Shown here one piece after another: positions 27,364 to 40,212 of a DNA stretch of 64,000 bases; the first letter of the stretch is position 1, and every line of letters begins with the position of its first letter. A program made the translations under genes and the position numbers. Source of the stretch: Tubulanus polymorphus (taxonomy: Eukaryota; Animalia; Nemertea). The DNA lies in NCBI RefSeq assembly GCF_964204645.1, contig NC_134029.1, positions 1,426,001-1,490,000 on the forward strand, given 5' to 3'. The notes under the pieces are model-generated. The model was not told where the DNA came from and searched no databases. It saw nothing but the letters and a program-made list of their open reading frames with translations.

Positions 27364-30300
27364 GTGTTAAAATACTTTTTCCACACTGAGTTTACTCTGT
27401 GTCAAATCTTAAACTGAGAACAGTCAGTGAACCGGATCCAGAACGTTCGTCCATTTCGATTCACTCCGTTACACTTGAAACTCAAAAAAAAAATTTTCTT
27501 CAAGAAAGATGCGAAAATTCAAATTTTCCGAACACATAGGTTTACGAGGTTGATTTGAGAATATTTATTTGCGAGAGTTTATTCGGTGCATTATCAACGA
27601 AATAATGAACTAATCTTCGATAGTTGACACGGTAAATATAATTCCTTATTTGGAACACGCACGAGTTCGAACAAACAAATTCCTAAATCTAATTGCGCCA
27701 GCATAACGTGTAGTGAGGAACATGTTAATGGATATTGAACGGAATTAAGCGTGAAATATACCGGTAATGCTATTCAGCGCAAGTGTCACTCGCAAAACGG
27801 TCCCGAAATCTCTATTTCTATTAATACGACAAACCATTCACTGAACGCCGCGCTAATAAAACTTATGCCGACCCCGTAATAAAATAAATCGTCTCCTACG
27901 TCTCTTAACGCCTACACAAACATAAAGGAAAATGTGCTGTTTCTGCTGTGAAGGAAGATGTTAAGTTAGTGGTTTTTCGGTGAATCAGAAACGACGACTA
28001 TTAAACTGTTTATCCTACAAGTTACGAGTTCAGCTAGAAACTCGTATCGCTTTCATAACCGAACTTCGTTAATTCGAAAGTTTGAGCATCTATTTCCTCG
28101 AATTAGTTTTTTCTAAATCAGATAATGAACGTTTTCTCAGTTGGGAGGAAACGATAGCGGAATAATTTACATTAATTATCTGGGTATCGCTCGGGAAGGT
28201 TCTCGGAAATGCCGTCGACGCCGCACACGCCAATTCGATTTCCCAGTCGTAGTAACCCCTGAAATGATCCCCCGGTTTTATTAGCCGTATAAAACTAACT
28301 GTAAAACTTTGATCGAATAAACTACGAGATAAAACGCAATTAAGCCGCGATGAAACGGTGTGTACGTAAGAAACTGAAAGACGAAACGGCCTTCGGGATT
28401 CTAAGTATAGCAGCAGTCAACGGTCGTATATACTGCAGAGAAAGTCCTATTGAAATATTAATGCTTCGGTATTTCAGCTCGGTGGAGTTGATTTACCCAG
28501 GGATTCGATGTCGATCTATTACAGGGCCGTTCAAGCTTGCAAACATTCACAGGTTTTGCGCATTTTATGCGTGTTTATGTATATACAATGTACATGTATG
28601 TAATAAAGTGAAAGGTTGTTGAGTTGTAGAGTTTTTTTTATTTTCATCCAGACACCATTTATGTATTGGAGAATTGCTGTTAAATTATGAAACAGGACTC
28701 GACACCGAAAAAAATTAACAATCTAATTTGTGCAGAATATGATGAATTACGCATGATTTCGACGCTATATACATGAAATATAATTTGGCGAATCGATGAA
28801 AGCGAGCAATTTAGAACCATTTTGAATCTAACCGTTCTCATTTCAAACCCAACAGTCTCTCATTTATCACATTTAACGTCATGTTATCGTGTGATTGAAA
28901 ATGAATTATGTTTTCAATATGGAATAACGCTATTACCGTCGCGTCGACCTTGGATGTAAAATAGTTCAGTCTATCAATGAGTGAGTCCTAGAGAGAAGGT
29001 ATTTTTATTACACAATTCTCTTAATTCTAGTAGTATGTTATAAGCAGTGACTGTGTATATATTTACAGGCGCTGACGATGTCTTACAGTAAATTGTGATA
29101 CATGACCAATATACAGACATGTTGTAGTGATGAGCAATGACACATCCGTACTGAGGATGCGGGAAGGAATGAGTAAAGATATCAGCGGTTGATTTGATAC
29201 GACTCAAGACAAGGAACCCCTCAACGATCCCCTTCGATGATGGAAGAATAACTCAACGGATATGTTCGGATTGCACGAAATGCGTTCATTGTTTTTAAAA
29301 TCATTGCGGGAGAGCCTCGGATCTAAAAAAAATTTCTAAATATCCTGCTATACTAAAGACTGCACCAATATTTCGTGTAGAGATTCCGGACAATTTACGA
29401 AAATAATTTCGGATTCGTATTCCATGAGGGAAAATAAAGTTGGATTTTTAAACATGTTTTGTAATGATATTCATCTCGGATTAGGAATGCTTGAAAATCC
29501 TATTCAACTTAAAGTCGATATATTCTATATTCACGAAGATCTGTAACGTATTATCAGAAACAAATCTTCGTCATATAAACATTCAAGACATGAATTCATG
29601 TACATATTTTGAAATTATTCTAGCTAGTCTCGGATACGAGGCTGTAGCGTAGTTTCACTATTGATCATATAAGTCCGTCCGATATGAAAAAGCTTACAGC
29701 CCACTATGAGATTACTAAAGACAACTCATTCTTGCTATAACCGGATTACAGTCATTGCGCTTATATACAGAATTATCGTCGAATATTTCTCGCACAATGA
29801 GTTGCGCGCGTTGACGGCCTTTTCTCTGCCCAGTAATGTTTGTCTAGAATAGGAACTAATTATGAACGACATCAAAACGGCGCGGTTGACAAAAGACGTC
29901 GCGACTCGTTATAATTGGAATTACAAAAACCCGTAGCGAATCCTACTTCACAATGTCGTCGTATATATACTTCCCGTAGATAAGGCTTCCGGCACATGAT
30001 CGCTTAAATCTCATATTTACGTAATTATCTCATTAGTATTTGACCCCGAGAAGTAATCTAATAAAAACTGATTAATTCTTAATCAGGGTTCAAATCCACG
30101 GTTGTTAATTGCGGCTCTCCTTTTAGACCCGGAGGGCCGTTAAACATGAGTGGCTTAAAATTTCATGGCGCAAGGACGCAATCCGGAGCCTGTATAACGT
30201 TCAATGCTATTTTCTCTCTTCGATCTAGACTTCCACGAAAACAGAAGCCATTTCTGCCCCGACCATGAAAGACATATTTTTGTACAAAGCAAACCATGGG

Positions 30301-33300
30301 AAAGGTTAAAACCGCACGAGATCATTTCATTAAAACCTGAATAATCAAATCGATAATGACATAAATTTTAGATGACGTTACATGATTCAGTTTAGAAATA
30401 ATTCAGGACATTATACGCGACCGACAAAAGGAACAGAGATCAATTCTTGGGATTCTTGTTCATAAACAGTTTGTGAGTCAGAGTTGTTTCTAGTAGTGAT
30501 GAGGGTATGATGATATACGTAACATATGAGATATACTACACCAAAGTAGCCACTCATTTTCTTAAGTTTCATTTGGTATCCTTCAAACAGGCTGTACGCA
30601 CCATGGGTGAAATAGTGGCCATGTTTCCCTCGTATATATATAATGTTTAAAAGTGTGTAAATCAGGGAACAATCCGTTTGTGCTAGCTGAACTACTGATG
30701 TTACATTTTGGGAATTCTAATTCTAAATCTCTCAAGTAGATTTTCTGTAGGAGATTTTCTGTAACACGGATTCAAATCTGTCACTTTTATATGATTCGTA
30801 ATGATAAATCAATCTTACCTTTTTGTACGCAGGCCGTCAGCAGAACAACAAACAAACAGCCAATATATTCCAGTGATGTCATGATGGGGGTGCATATAAT
30901 CGGCCCATCAGGCCACTTTACCGCTATGTGGCCACAGCTAGCACCAAACGATGATAATCCTCGTGAAATCCGACTTCATAAATTCCTTTCAATATTCCCC
31001 ATTAAAATCCATAAATTTATTCCGTTCGGGACTCGAGCGAGCGTCGAAAATAATAATAATCCCGTAAAATCGTATAAATCAGAAGAACTTTAGGTCGTAT
31101 TTATAAAAACGTCAGTAACGTCTTTCGCTGCCGTCAATGCAGGCTGATTCTAGTGTACATGGCACGGTGAAATAAAGCGAACCATAGCGTTGCAGCACTC
31201 GCGTGTATAATCGACCAGCGCTACCGATTAACCAATCGTCGGTCGGAGCCGTGCTGAAAGTTGAAGTACGTTCCATGGTGGCAGCAGCGACGAACAATAC
31301 AGGATTACTGAAAATCAACTAACTCGATATTGAATGCTTATAGTATAACATGTGTACGTACTTGTCATCGGCAATAAAGATCAAATGAGGACCGCAGATT
31401 GTCTGTCAGCCTGAGCACACGAATGTTGTGTGCGTGTCCTGGACATGCCCTGCGGGACGGTGCACTGAACGCTAAATAAATGTCTGTCATTTGAAAATGG
31501 CTATCGGTTTAGAAATATTTTCATAAATTCGTATTGTTGGATTAAAACAATAAAAAAATTATAACGAATTGAAAAACAAATTATAATGAATTGAAAATGT
31601 TTGTCAACAGAATGAAGTGGTAATGTTTTCTGTTGATGAGTAGATCCAGCCTAGCATACGTGTGATAAAATCCCTGCGATTTTCTGACGAGTGGAGAATT
31701 CAATTTGACGTCTCCAAAATCGCTCAGATAGTAGAAATTGAAAATTGAGGACCCCGCTCCTCCCAATGTGTTTCTTAGATACTGGACTGGGTGCGAAACT
31801 GTGACAGGATTCGATACGAAAAATACCAAAAATAGAAACGCATTAGACACTGTTAACTAAATTATATGTAAAAATAGTTTTGATACAAACAATGTTTACA
31901 TTCAGTTACGTATAAAGAGTGACAGCGATGGATGCAGAGTTTGTGGAAAGTATGTTCACAGGTGTGTTACACTACGGTAGACTACGAGGGGTTCTCTTAG
32001 ATTATTAGTGTTTATAGGTTGAGAATGGAAGTTTCCCACTGGTGAACTGGTTTCGATTGCTAGAAGTGAGAAATTCTCATCACACAGATCTAACTGTTTT
32101 ACCGAATGATTCCATGTTCCCTTCTTTCACCGGGGTTTTAAGTTCACGCCATTATCACTAGGTGGCGCCTAATTGAACGCCGTTTCTTGAAATTGATGCG
32201 TGACCTCCTGGGCTGCAGAAAACCTGTGGTCGCTGCTTTGCGGCTATATTTATATTTAAACTTCCATTTACTGTAGCATTGTTATTGACTGGATGGTAAG
32301 TGTTAAGTGTTTCTTTGTTTTGAGGCAGCGTCGCCGCTGAAGCGCATTAAGATGGGAAAGACTTTTGGTCTCACCTAACACCACCATCTGGTGGGTTGAC
32401 AGACTGAAAAAAAAACAAATCAATCGCTGAAACGACACGAGTTTCCAAATGATCAATGCTATTTCAGATTTCTCGATTACAAAACAACTTCATGTATAGA
32501 ATGATACGAATGTTAATCTGGTATTTGACAAAAGCTAATCGCTACCTGTCGCAGGAAATCTCTACGGAAAATTACCCTTGTTTCGTATTACCGATTAATA
32601 GATCAATATTAAATGTTGTATTGTTCCCGCGCGCGCCATTTTTCATGTAAGTTTGAAGTAGATTTGAACAAGCTTGATTCATAACAACTTCCGGTAAAGT
32701 GTACTCAAAAGCTGTTTTGTTCGTTTCTGTATGATCCTTAAGCTTTTTCAGTCGCGGGTTCACTTATTCACGAATAGCACTTACGTGATAACACTTCAAA
32801 CAACCACTAATGATCATTACCATTATATCATATGACGTATAATATACCTGTTATTATTTTCGAAAGTCAAAACTCTGTGTCCCACTTCAATAGTTCTGAG
32901 TTAGATTTCAGAGAAAAAAACCGATAACAATATAAATCTCATTATTTTCTGATAGGTCAAAGTGGTTTATCAAGAAAAACATTGTCAGGATCTTATCCCT
33001 TCATCGGGTTAAATACGCGTGAGTTCAGCGAGTATTATAACTATAGGTTTAACTAATTGAAAAATGAACTTATTTAGTACTAAACGGAGAACTGCGAGAC
33101 TCCTGGAACCAGTGAAATACAGTTGTTAGTCGTCTGGGGTTAGAGGCTTTAACGCAGAGAACTGTGAAGGGAACTGAAGCCCTGAATTATCGAAATGATG
33201 GTGGAATTGCATCACGTACAAAACGGTATGCCTCTTGTAATTATGAATATTTCAGTGATGTTTTATGCAAACAGATATTCGCTTCGTTAGATAACGAGCA

Positions 33301-36300
33301 CCACGTGATGAACACTGATGGAAAATAATATACCGGGAAGGCTTATGTCGACTAGTGAGTGCTTGCATGAACTAGCGCAATGCTATCGTTGTCGTACCCA
33401 ACCATTCCGTCAGGTGCTGCCGTTAAACTCATTGTTGACGGATTTTTCATACACTAATATAAATCCGACTTTATTAGTCTACACTTTGACTTGTTACAGC
33501 AGAGAACATGAAAGAATCGTTTTGGTTACAGTCAAGTCATAGTGGCAGCACTTCACAGTGTAGTGAGGCACCGCTAGTCGACTGCAACTAGTCTTTGTCT
33601 ATAGTAAGAGCCGGGTATAACGGATACGACTGGGAGAGAGAGAAAGTGCGTAGAACCACTGCGACTCGTTGCAAATGGCGTCGCTAGCAGTTGCGAGAGC
33701 GCATCGGTTAGATACTGCAGCAAGATCAGTGAATCACGTCCGACCTAAAGCCTACCTTAACAAAATTCAATGAAAAATTCAATTTGCTGGTTCCGGTTTG
33801 AGAAGGATTTCTACACGCACGGATACTGATGCTGATGTTTAATAGTTCCCCTCGGTTGAGCAATTGATATATCTCAAGGGGTCCAGACAGCGGAACCCAG
33901 TGCGCGCTGTATCAGTAGTTTCAGCGAATTCAATTACTGCAGCATCAAACTTCATCCAAGGTCACACAACCAGTCATTGCCGTCCTAATTATGCCAGAAG
34001 TTTCCATACCCGCAGTCACTTCTGTACAACATATGTCCACTATAACGGCTTAATAATATTATCGACTGTGATGATATTAACTCGGATTTCAACTAGAAGC
34101 CGATTTTCCGAACTCTCCCAAAGTTCATATCATATTGTGGTACATGAAAACACGTGTCTGAGTCTGTCAGATCAAACGATATGTTTATAAAATGAAATGT
34201 TATCTAGCTATTTATTAATCAGTGACGATATGAAAAGTAAAAATGATTGTATTAGTTGGGAATTTGAACAGTATCGGACAGAATCAAACTAAGTTTTGGT
34301 AGATGATTCATCGATAGTTGTCACGACGAGTCGATGTCAATTAAGCAGTGATGATTCTGCCGGTCATTATAGTTCTCCTGCCGCTGTTCCCTTCCGATCT
34401 ATATCGATGGGACGGTGATTTTATGCAAGTGTAGTTTACCGAAAGGGCTGCGGGGTGCTGTGTGAATCTAAGGTCGATTGCAACTGCTCACATTTCCGCA
34501 CTTGGATATAAAACCATTCCAGAATATAGCAAATCTTAAACATTCATTTCGTCTACCCATTTTCAATATTGCATTTCTGATATTGATAGCTAATTATTTT
34601 AACTGCTATTCACTAATGCCTGTTTATATTGATCAATATGTCACTGGTGAATTTGTGAGTAGTTTAATTGAACCACTATCGACGGCGTTATTGTTAATTG
34701 TTTGGGGTAAAGCAAAGAATAAGTCGTATTGACTGACATTGAAATATATCGCGTTTAAATGTGATCGTAAGTGGGTTCGATTCCCGTTTTAATCGACGGC
34801 AGTCGAGAATGAATTTCTCCGCGTGAAAACAAAACGTGACGGTATTTTTTACGAGTTGGCTGCGGCGCTCTTTAAATGATGCGTAAATGGAATTCTTGAA
34901 GAAAGGATTTTAAATCCATTTGACAGTGCATTTAAATTCAAAGCTACGCTCGGAGATTAATTTGCATGGTTACGACAGTCAATCAACGTCGGTTCGTGTG
35001 AATTTCCCTTGCGATATAACTGACACGGCGTTTGAATATCATGTCGATTTTCCACAGCAACAATCCTGACGGATTCTGTCAATATTCTCAGAATTAAGAA
35101 TTAGCTGCGAACGCCAACTGTTTCTTTTTTTGTTCTCCCGACAGTGTTGAACTTCAGAATGATATTCAGACAATTTTTTTTTCTAGTTAAATCAGACATA
35201 TTCTCTCAGATTGCTTCCGTGACAAAAAAAGTGCGAGCGAAATGGAGGGTTGGGGTGAAAACTCCCCCCCCCCCCCACCTATCAGTCGTGTCAATGCCCG
35301 TACGTGCATTTTTTTTCTTATTTTCCATTGCAGTTATTCTCTTTACACTCAAACTCTTAACCGAGTTTCGCTCTGTTACAGACAATTTGAAGATGCACCG
35401 GAGAACTTAAAATGTCTCACAGGTTCTCGACACGTCTGCGAGATCAAACGAGATCGCGAGAAGTTCATTTCCTATTTTCTAAGAATAACAAATTAATCTT
35501 TTACCGAGAAAGAATGATAATTAAATGGCTATTTCCGCTAGAACTAAACGTATTTCATTACTTATCAGATTAATCGTACGAATTTAGCACAGTGAAACAT
35601 ATCAAAAAGAAAGGATTGGGAATTTTCGATCTCTGAAAAAAATTAACAGTTTTAACGTTATGTCTTGTGTTCAATGTTCTGTTGATAATAAATGGAAAGA
35701 AGTGGAGGGTTTAAATCGGGAATCGGTCTTAGGAATTGTTATGAAAATTTGGCCCGTTTGCATGGCCGTGACATACATAAATCCAATGAAGTCTTAAATC
35801 TCGAAATTAATCAACTGTAAGATTTGAAAAAAGATGTGCTTAGCCTGGTCTTTAAGTTTCAGTCTCGACTGTAGAACTGACCCCCGTGGTTTCACCAGAA
35901 TTCCGGATGGCGAGAAAATAAAGTATGGTTCATTTGGCGGTGTATTGTAAAGTAATATACGGTTCAGATCAATATAAAGACATTAAAGACTACATCGGAC
36001 AGAGTCGAAGATACGTATATCGAATATACATCACTTAACGGTCACATCACGTCTACTGCGTTATATTAGTTGGGATTACAGCTGATGAAATCCCGCCTAG
36101 ACGGATATATCAGATCGAACACTAATCAATAGGGGGACGGGGATGTAATCAAATCCGATCTGAACTGGACAGACAGCATCGCGCGGTGCAAGAAGAAACC
36201 AATATATTTCTCTATCCGGATGTTCGGTCAATAAAGTAACGGACGAACCTCACCTGTCGCCCGGCGAACATTCATTCAAACCCCGGTCATTTTTCTGAGG

Positions 36301-36370
36301 GAAACATCAGTATAGCTCAATGAAACTTTTCAAAATCTCGTTTTTGTATTGTGGGATTTATTTCATACAA

Positions 36371-37515
36371 CAGACTCCGCACTCAAGTCTGATCTTTTGA
36401 CTAGAGAGTGATATCTGAGTAGGATGGTACAGTAGACTCCGCTCAAGTCAGATCTTTTGACTTGAGAGTGATATCTGAGTAGGATGGTACAGTAGACTCC
36501 GCTCAAGTCTGATCTTTTGACTAGAGAGTGATATCTGAGTAGGATGGTACAGTAGACTCCGCTCAAGTCTGATCTTTTGACTTGAGAGTGATATCTGAGT
36601 TGGATGGTACAGTAGACTCCGCTCAAGTCTGATCTTTTGACTAGAGAGTGATATCTGAGTAGGATGGTACAGTAGACTCCGCTCAAGTCTGATCTTTTGA
36701 CTTGAGAGTGATATCTGAGTTGGATGGTACAGTAGACTCCGCTCAAGTCTGATCTTTTGACTAGAGAGTGATATCTGAGTAGGATGGTACAGTAGACTCC
36801 GCTCAAGTCTGATCTTTTGACTTGAGAGTGATATCTGAGTAGGATGGTACAGTAGACTCCGCTCAAGTCTGATCTTTTGACTTGAGAGTGATATCTGAGT
36901 TGGATGGTACAGTAGACTCCGCTCAAGTCTGATCTTTTGACTTGAGAGTGATATCTGAGTAGGATGGTACAGTAGACTCCGCTCAAGTCTGATCTTTTGA
37001 CTTGAGAGTGATATCTGAGTTGGATGGTACAGTAGACTCCGCTCAAGTCTGATCTTTTGACTTGAGAGTGATATCTGAGTTGGATGGTACAGTAGACTCC
37101 GCTCAAGTCTGATCTTTTGACTAGAGAGTGATATCTGAGTAGGATGGTACAGTAGACTCCGCTCAAGTCTGATCTTTTGACTAGAGAGTGATATCTGAGT
37201 AGGATGGTACAGTAGACTCCGCTCAAGTCTGATCTTTTGATTTGAGATTGATATCTGAGTTGGATGGTACAGTAGACTCCGCTTTAGTCTGATCTTTTGA
37301 CTTGAGAGCGATATCTGAGTTGGATGGTACAGTAGACTCAGCTCAAGTCTGATCTTTTGACTTGAGAGCGATATCTGAGTTGGATGGTACAGTAGACTCC
37401 GCTCAAGTCTGATCTTTTGACTTGAGAGTGATATCTGAGTTGGATGATACATGTACCATCCAATTCAAATATCGTTCTGAAGTCAAAGAGATCTGACTTA
37501 AGCAGGTCTTCTGTG
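36371..37515. repeat. 60-bp satellite, ~18 tandem copies plus one terminal inverted diverged monomer
   Basis: Unit gctcaagtctgatcttttgact(a/t)gagagtgatatctgagt(a/t)ggatggtacagtagactcc, exactly in register with the 60-nt lines. 37453-37515 is its reverse complement. Confidence 0.97.
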
Positions 37516-38397
37516 TTTTCTATTGTTCTAAATGATATAAGACTATTTCCAGCGCGCTGAAAGTGAATACGATCTATCGGAAAGCTGGGTTTTGTGGTGT
37601 ACACACTGAAGACGGTAATTTTCACGATTCGAAGTGTTTATTAATTTATAGTAAATTGCGTGAGAGACAAAAGACTGCAGGTAAGTACGCGTAGGAAACG
37701 CCCAGAGCTATAGATATTGACAGGTACTCTGTAGACCGCTTCAAACATGCACTCTCATTTCCGTGCATCAATAATACCAAGATGAAGCTGCCATCAGTCA
37801 TTTGCTTTCATATTTGTAAATATTACATATAATTGTTCCGACAGATTTGACTTCTCCCATGATAGAATTAAACTAGTCAAAAGTGCGTCGGTAATTTCGA
37901 AGAAAAACGGACACTAGAACGTAGAATGTTTGGATAGATGGATATGTTTCGTGATCATAATTAAACGATGTTTTAGAAAGAATTGAGTACCTCCCAAAAA
38001 TATCGATGAACGCAAAATGATTCATATTATCTTGTGACCCCGGGCCAAGAGTTCTCGTGATTGGGTCGATAGGTTTATCATCTTTCGGCATCTGTCATAA
38101 CAAATCCAACCAGATAATATTTCAGAATTCATACTCTTTGGAGTCCGCCTGTAGCAAGCGAGGATCCAACAGGTGTCGCTAGTGTGTATTCAGATTCGAA
38201 TTCAGTGAAAATCTATTAAATCCTCGCTTAAAATCGCGCTACCTCAAGAGTTTATCAAGATTTCTGTTGAGGGATGAAAATTCATTGAAATAGAACTATA
38301 TTTTGACCAAATTGTCGCCATCTAGCCGGAGAACTGGTTTCATGTTCGAATCGATAACTCAATAACTATTGTTCTTCTTTCTTCCTATATCGAGACT

Positions 38398-38403
38398 TTT
38401 ATT
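38398..38403 (-). terminator. Candidate polyadenylation signal AATAAA for the minus-strand gene (implies a ~1.8-kb 3' UTR)
   Basis: tttatt on the plus strand. The segment 38400-40200 is T/G-rich on the minus strand, as is typical of 3' UTRs. Confidence 0.45.
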
Positions 38404-38910
38404 CAACTATGTATAACAAACTTTTATCTAAATCTAAATCTGCCATGGTTCTATCATTTACCTGTATGTTTATAACCTTTACAATAATAACAGAGCACGG
38501 GTGCAAAACCAATTCTTTTTTACATCATATATTTACATTAAATGTATTACGCGTGTGCAAGTATTTACATTATATAGAATTGCACATTTCACAACATTAT
38601 TTCCTTCTTTCTCGAATTACTGAATCGATTCAGCCGTTTGTTAAAAATCAAACGTTATATCAGCGTAGTCTTTCCATTCATTCACTTGCATCTGCTTCGA
38701 TATTTCTAAAGCAACCACTGAAATTCATGTTTTAAAACAACTTCAATATTCACAGCATATTCCTTTAAATGATAACAATACGGACAGTATCGACTACACA
38801 AGTCACTCGATGATTTACTCGAGGATCTATTATAGGTGCGCGGGGTTAGTATTTATGTATGTTCTAGAAAGTACTTGGCACTTGGAGTAGCTACCATGAA
38901 TCAGATGCCC

Positions 38911-39010
38911 GAGAACCAGCTCCACAGTTCTGAGTTCAGATTTGACTCAAGAGTTGAAAATGAACTGACTTCAAAGTAATATTCAACTCACAACTTTGGA
39001 ACTGGATTCA
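38911..39010. mobile_element. Small MITE with TIR ~ggatccagttccacagtt, inside the predicted 3' UTR
   Basis: gaaccagctccacagttctgagtt…aactcacaactttggaactggattc. Homologous copies lie at ~7095-7181 and ~27298-27363. Confidence 0.65.
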
Positions 39011-40212
39011 GGAGTGCAAGGTCCGATTAAACACTTTACAGAGGTAAGACGCAACCAAACTAGAGGTAATACACACCCCACCCAAACAAGAGGTAATACA
39101 GTTGCAACCGATCGCGTGCAAGCAGCCGCAAAATTGACCTACGCCCGCCTAGTTATATATATATTTATCTAATATTCTTGAGACAATATCAAAGGTCAAT
39201 TTAGCTCCGTTTTCCTATCATTTCAAATAATCTAAATCATTCTCTCTCGCACGAATATAAACATTTTATACAACAATAAACTTTTCTCACATTTCACACG
39301 AAGATGTTCATTAATCGATTTGATTTCGTGTCGTTTGATTCCGCTACTCATCAACGTGATAATCACATTAACATTTACACGCAGGATTTTGCTGGATAAT
39401 ATTTTAATACGCGCCACGTAGAAATAAATAAATAATACACAGATAATAATAATATACAAGATGAAATAATGAAATGCATCGAAAGCTTGGATCACAGGTC
39501 GGCAATTTGCTTAAATTATATCTAATCAAATAAAACTATAAATCACGAATAGTAAAAATAAGGGAGACCATAAAAATCGACCGGAATATAGTACGTATAT
39601 ATGTGTTAAATAGCACTAGTTTGATAGCTTCATTAAAGGAGATTTTCATTCGCTTCTTAAAAAGCACGATTGAAATAGATATCGATTAAATATTGGATGA
39701 GTGATACTTGTATAACAATGAACTACCTCGGACATCATACAGCGTATTGGGTACTATCCGTACAGAATGTCTTACAGCCGTCTATTTCGATAAGGATGTT
39801 ACATGTACTAACCTAAAACAGGGCCAGCGAAAAACAACATATTATTCTCCACTAAGATAAACTACATTAATACATTTTACAGAAAGCAGCTTGATTAAAT
39901 AAAGTACATAAATCGCCTAATAAGGCTTCGCATGGAAAGACTATCAGGGTCCGACAACTAACTTGCATTCAGTAAGTCATTTTTCACGTAATGTATTTAT
40001 ATGGAGAGTGTATTAACGAGATGTCTTTAAATTATAAGAGTTTTAATTCAACGTGTTCCTGGGATAGTTGTGTCTTGTCATGCATTCTTACTTTTAGTAG
40101 GTCTAAAAGTGCCATGGAAATCGTGACGCCCAATCCATGCTGACAGGACCAACTCATAATCATGACTCTGAACTTAACGGCAATATGATTACATTCGAAT
40201 ATCGATGGCGCC

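Noticed and set aside
36363-37452. 287-aa and 334-aa repetitive ORFs; CRISPR-like appearance of hairpin-containing repeats
   Set aside because: The ORFs arise from a 60-bp stop-free unit. There are no unique spacers and no cas genes, and the context is eukaryotic.
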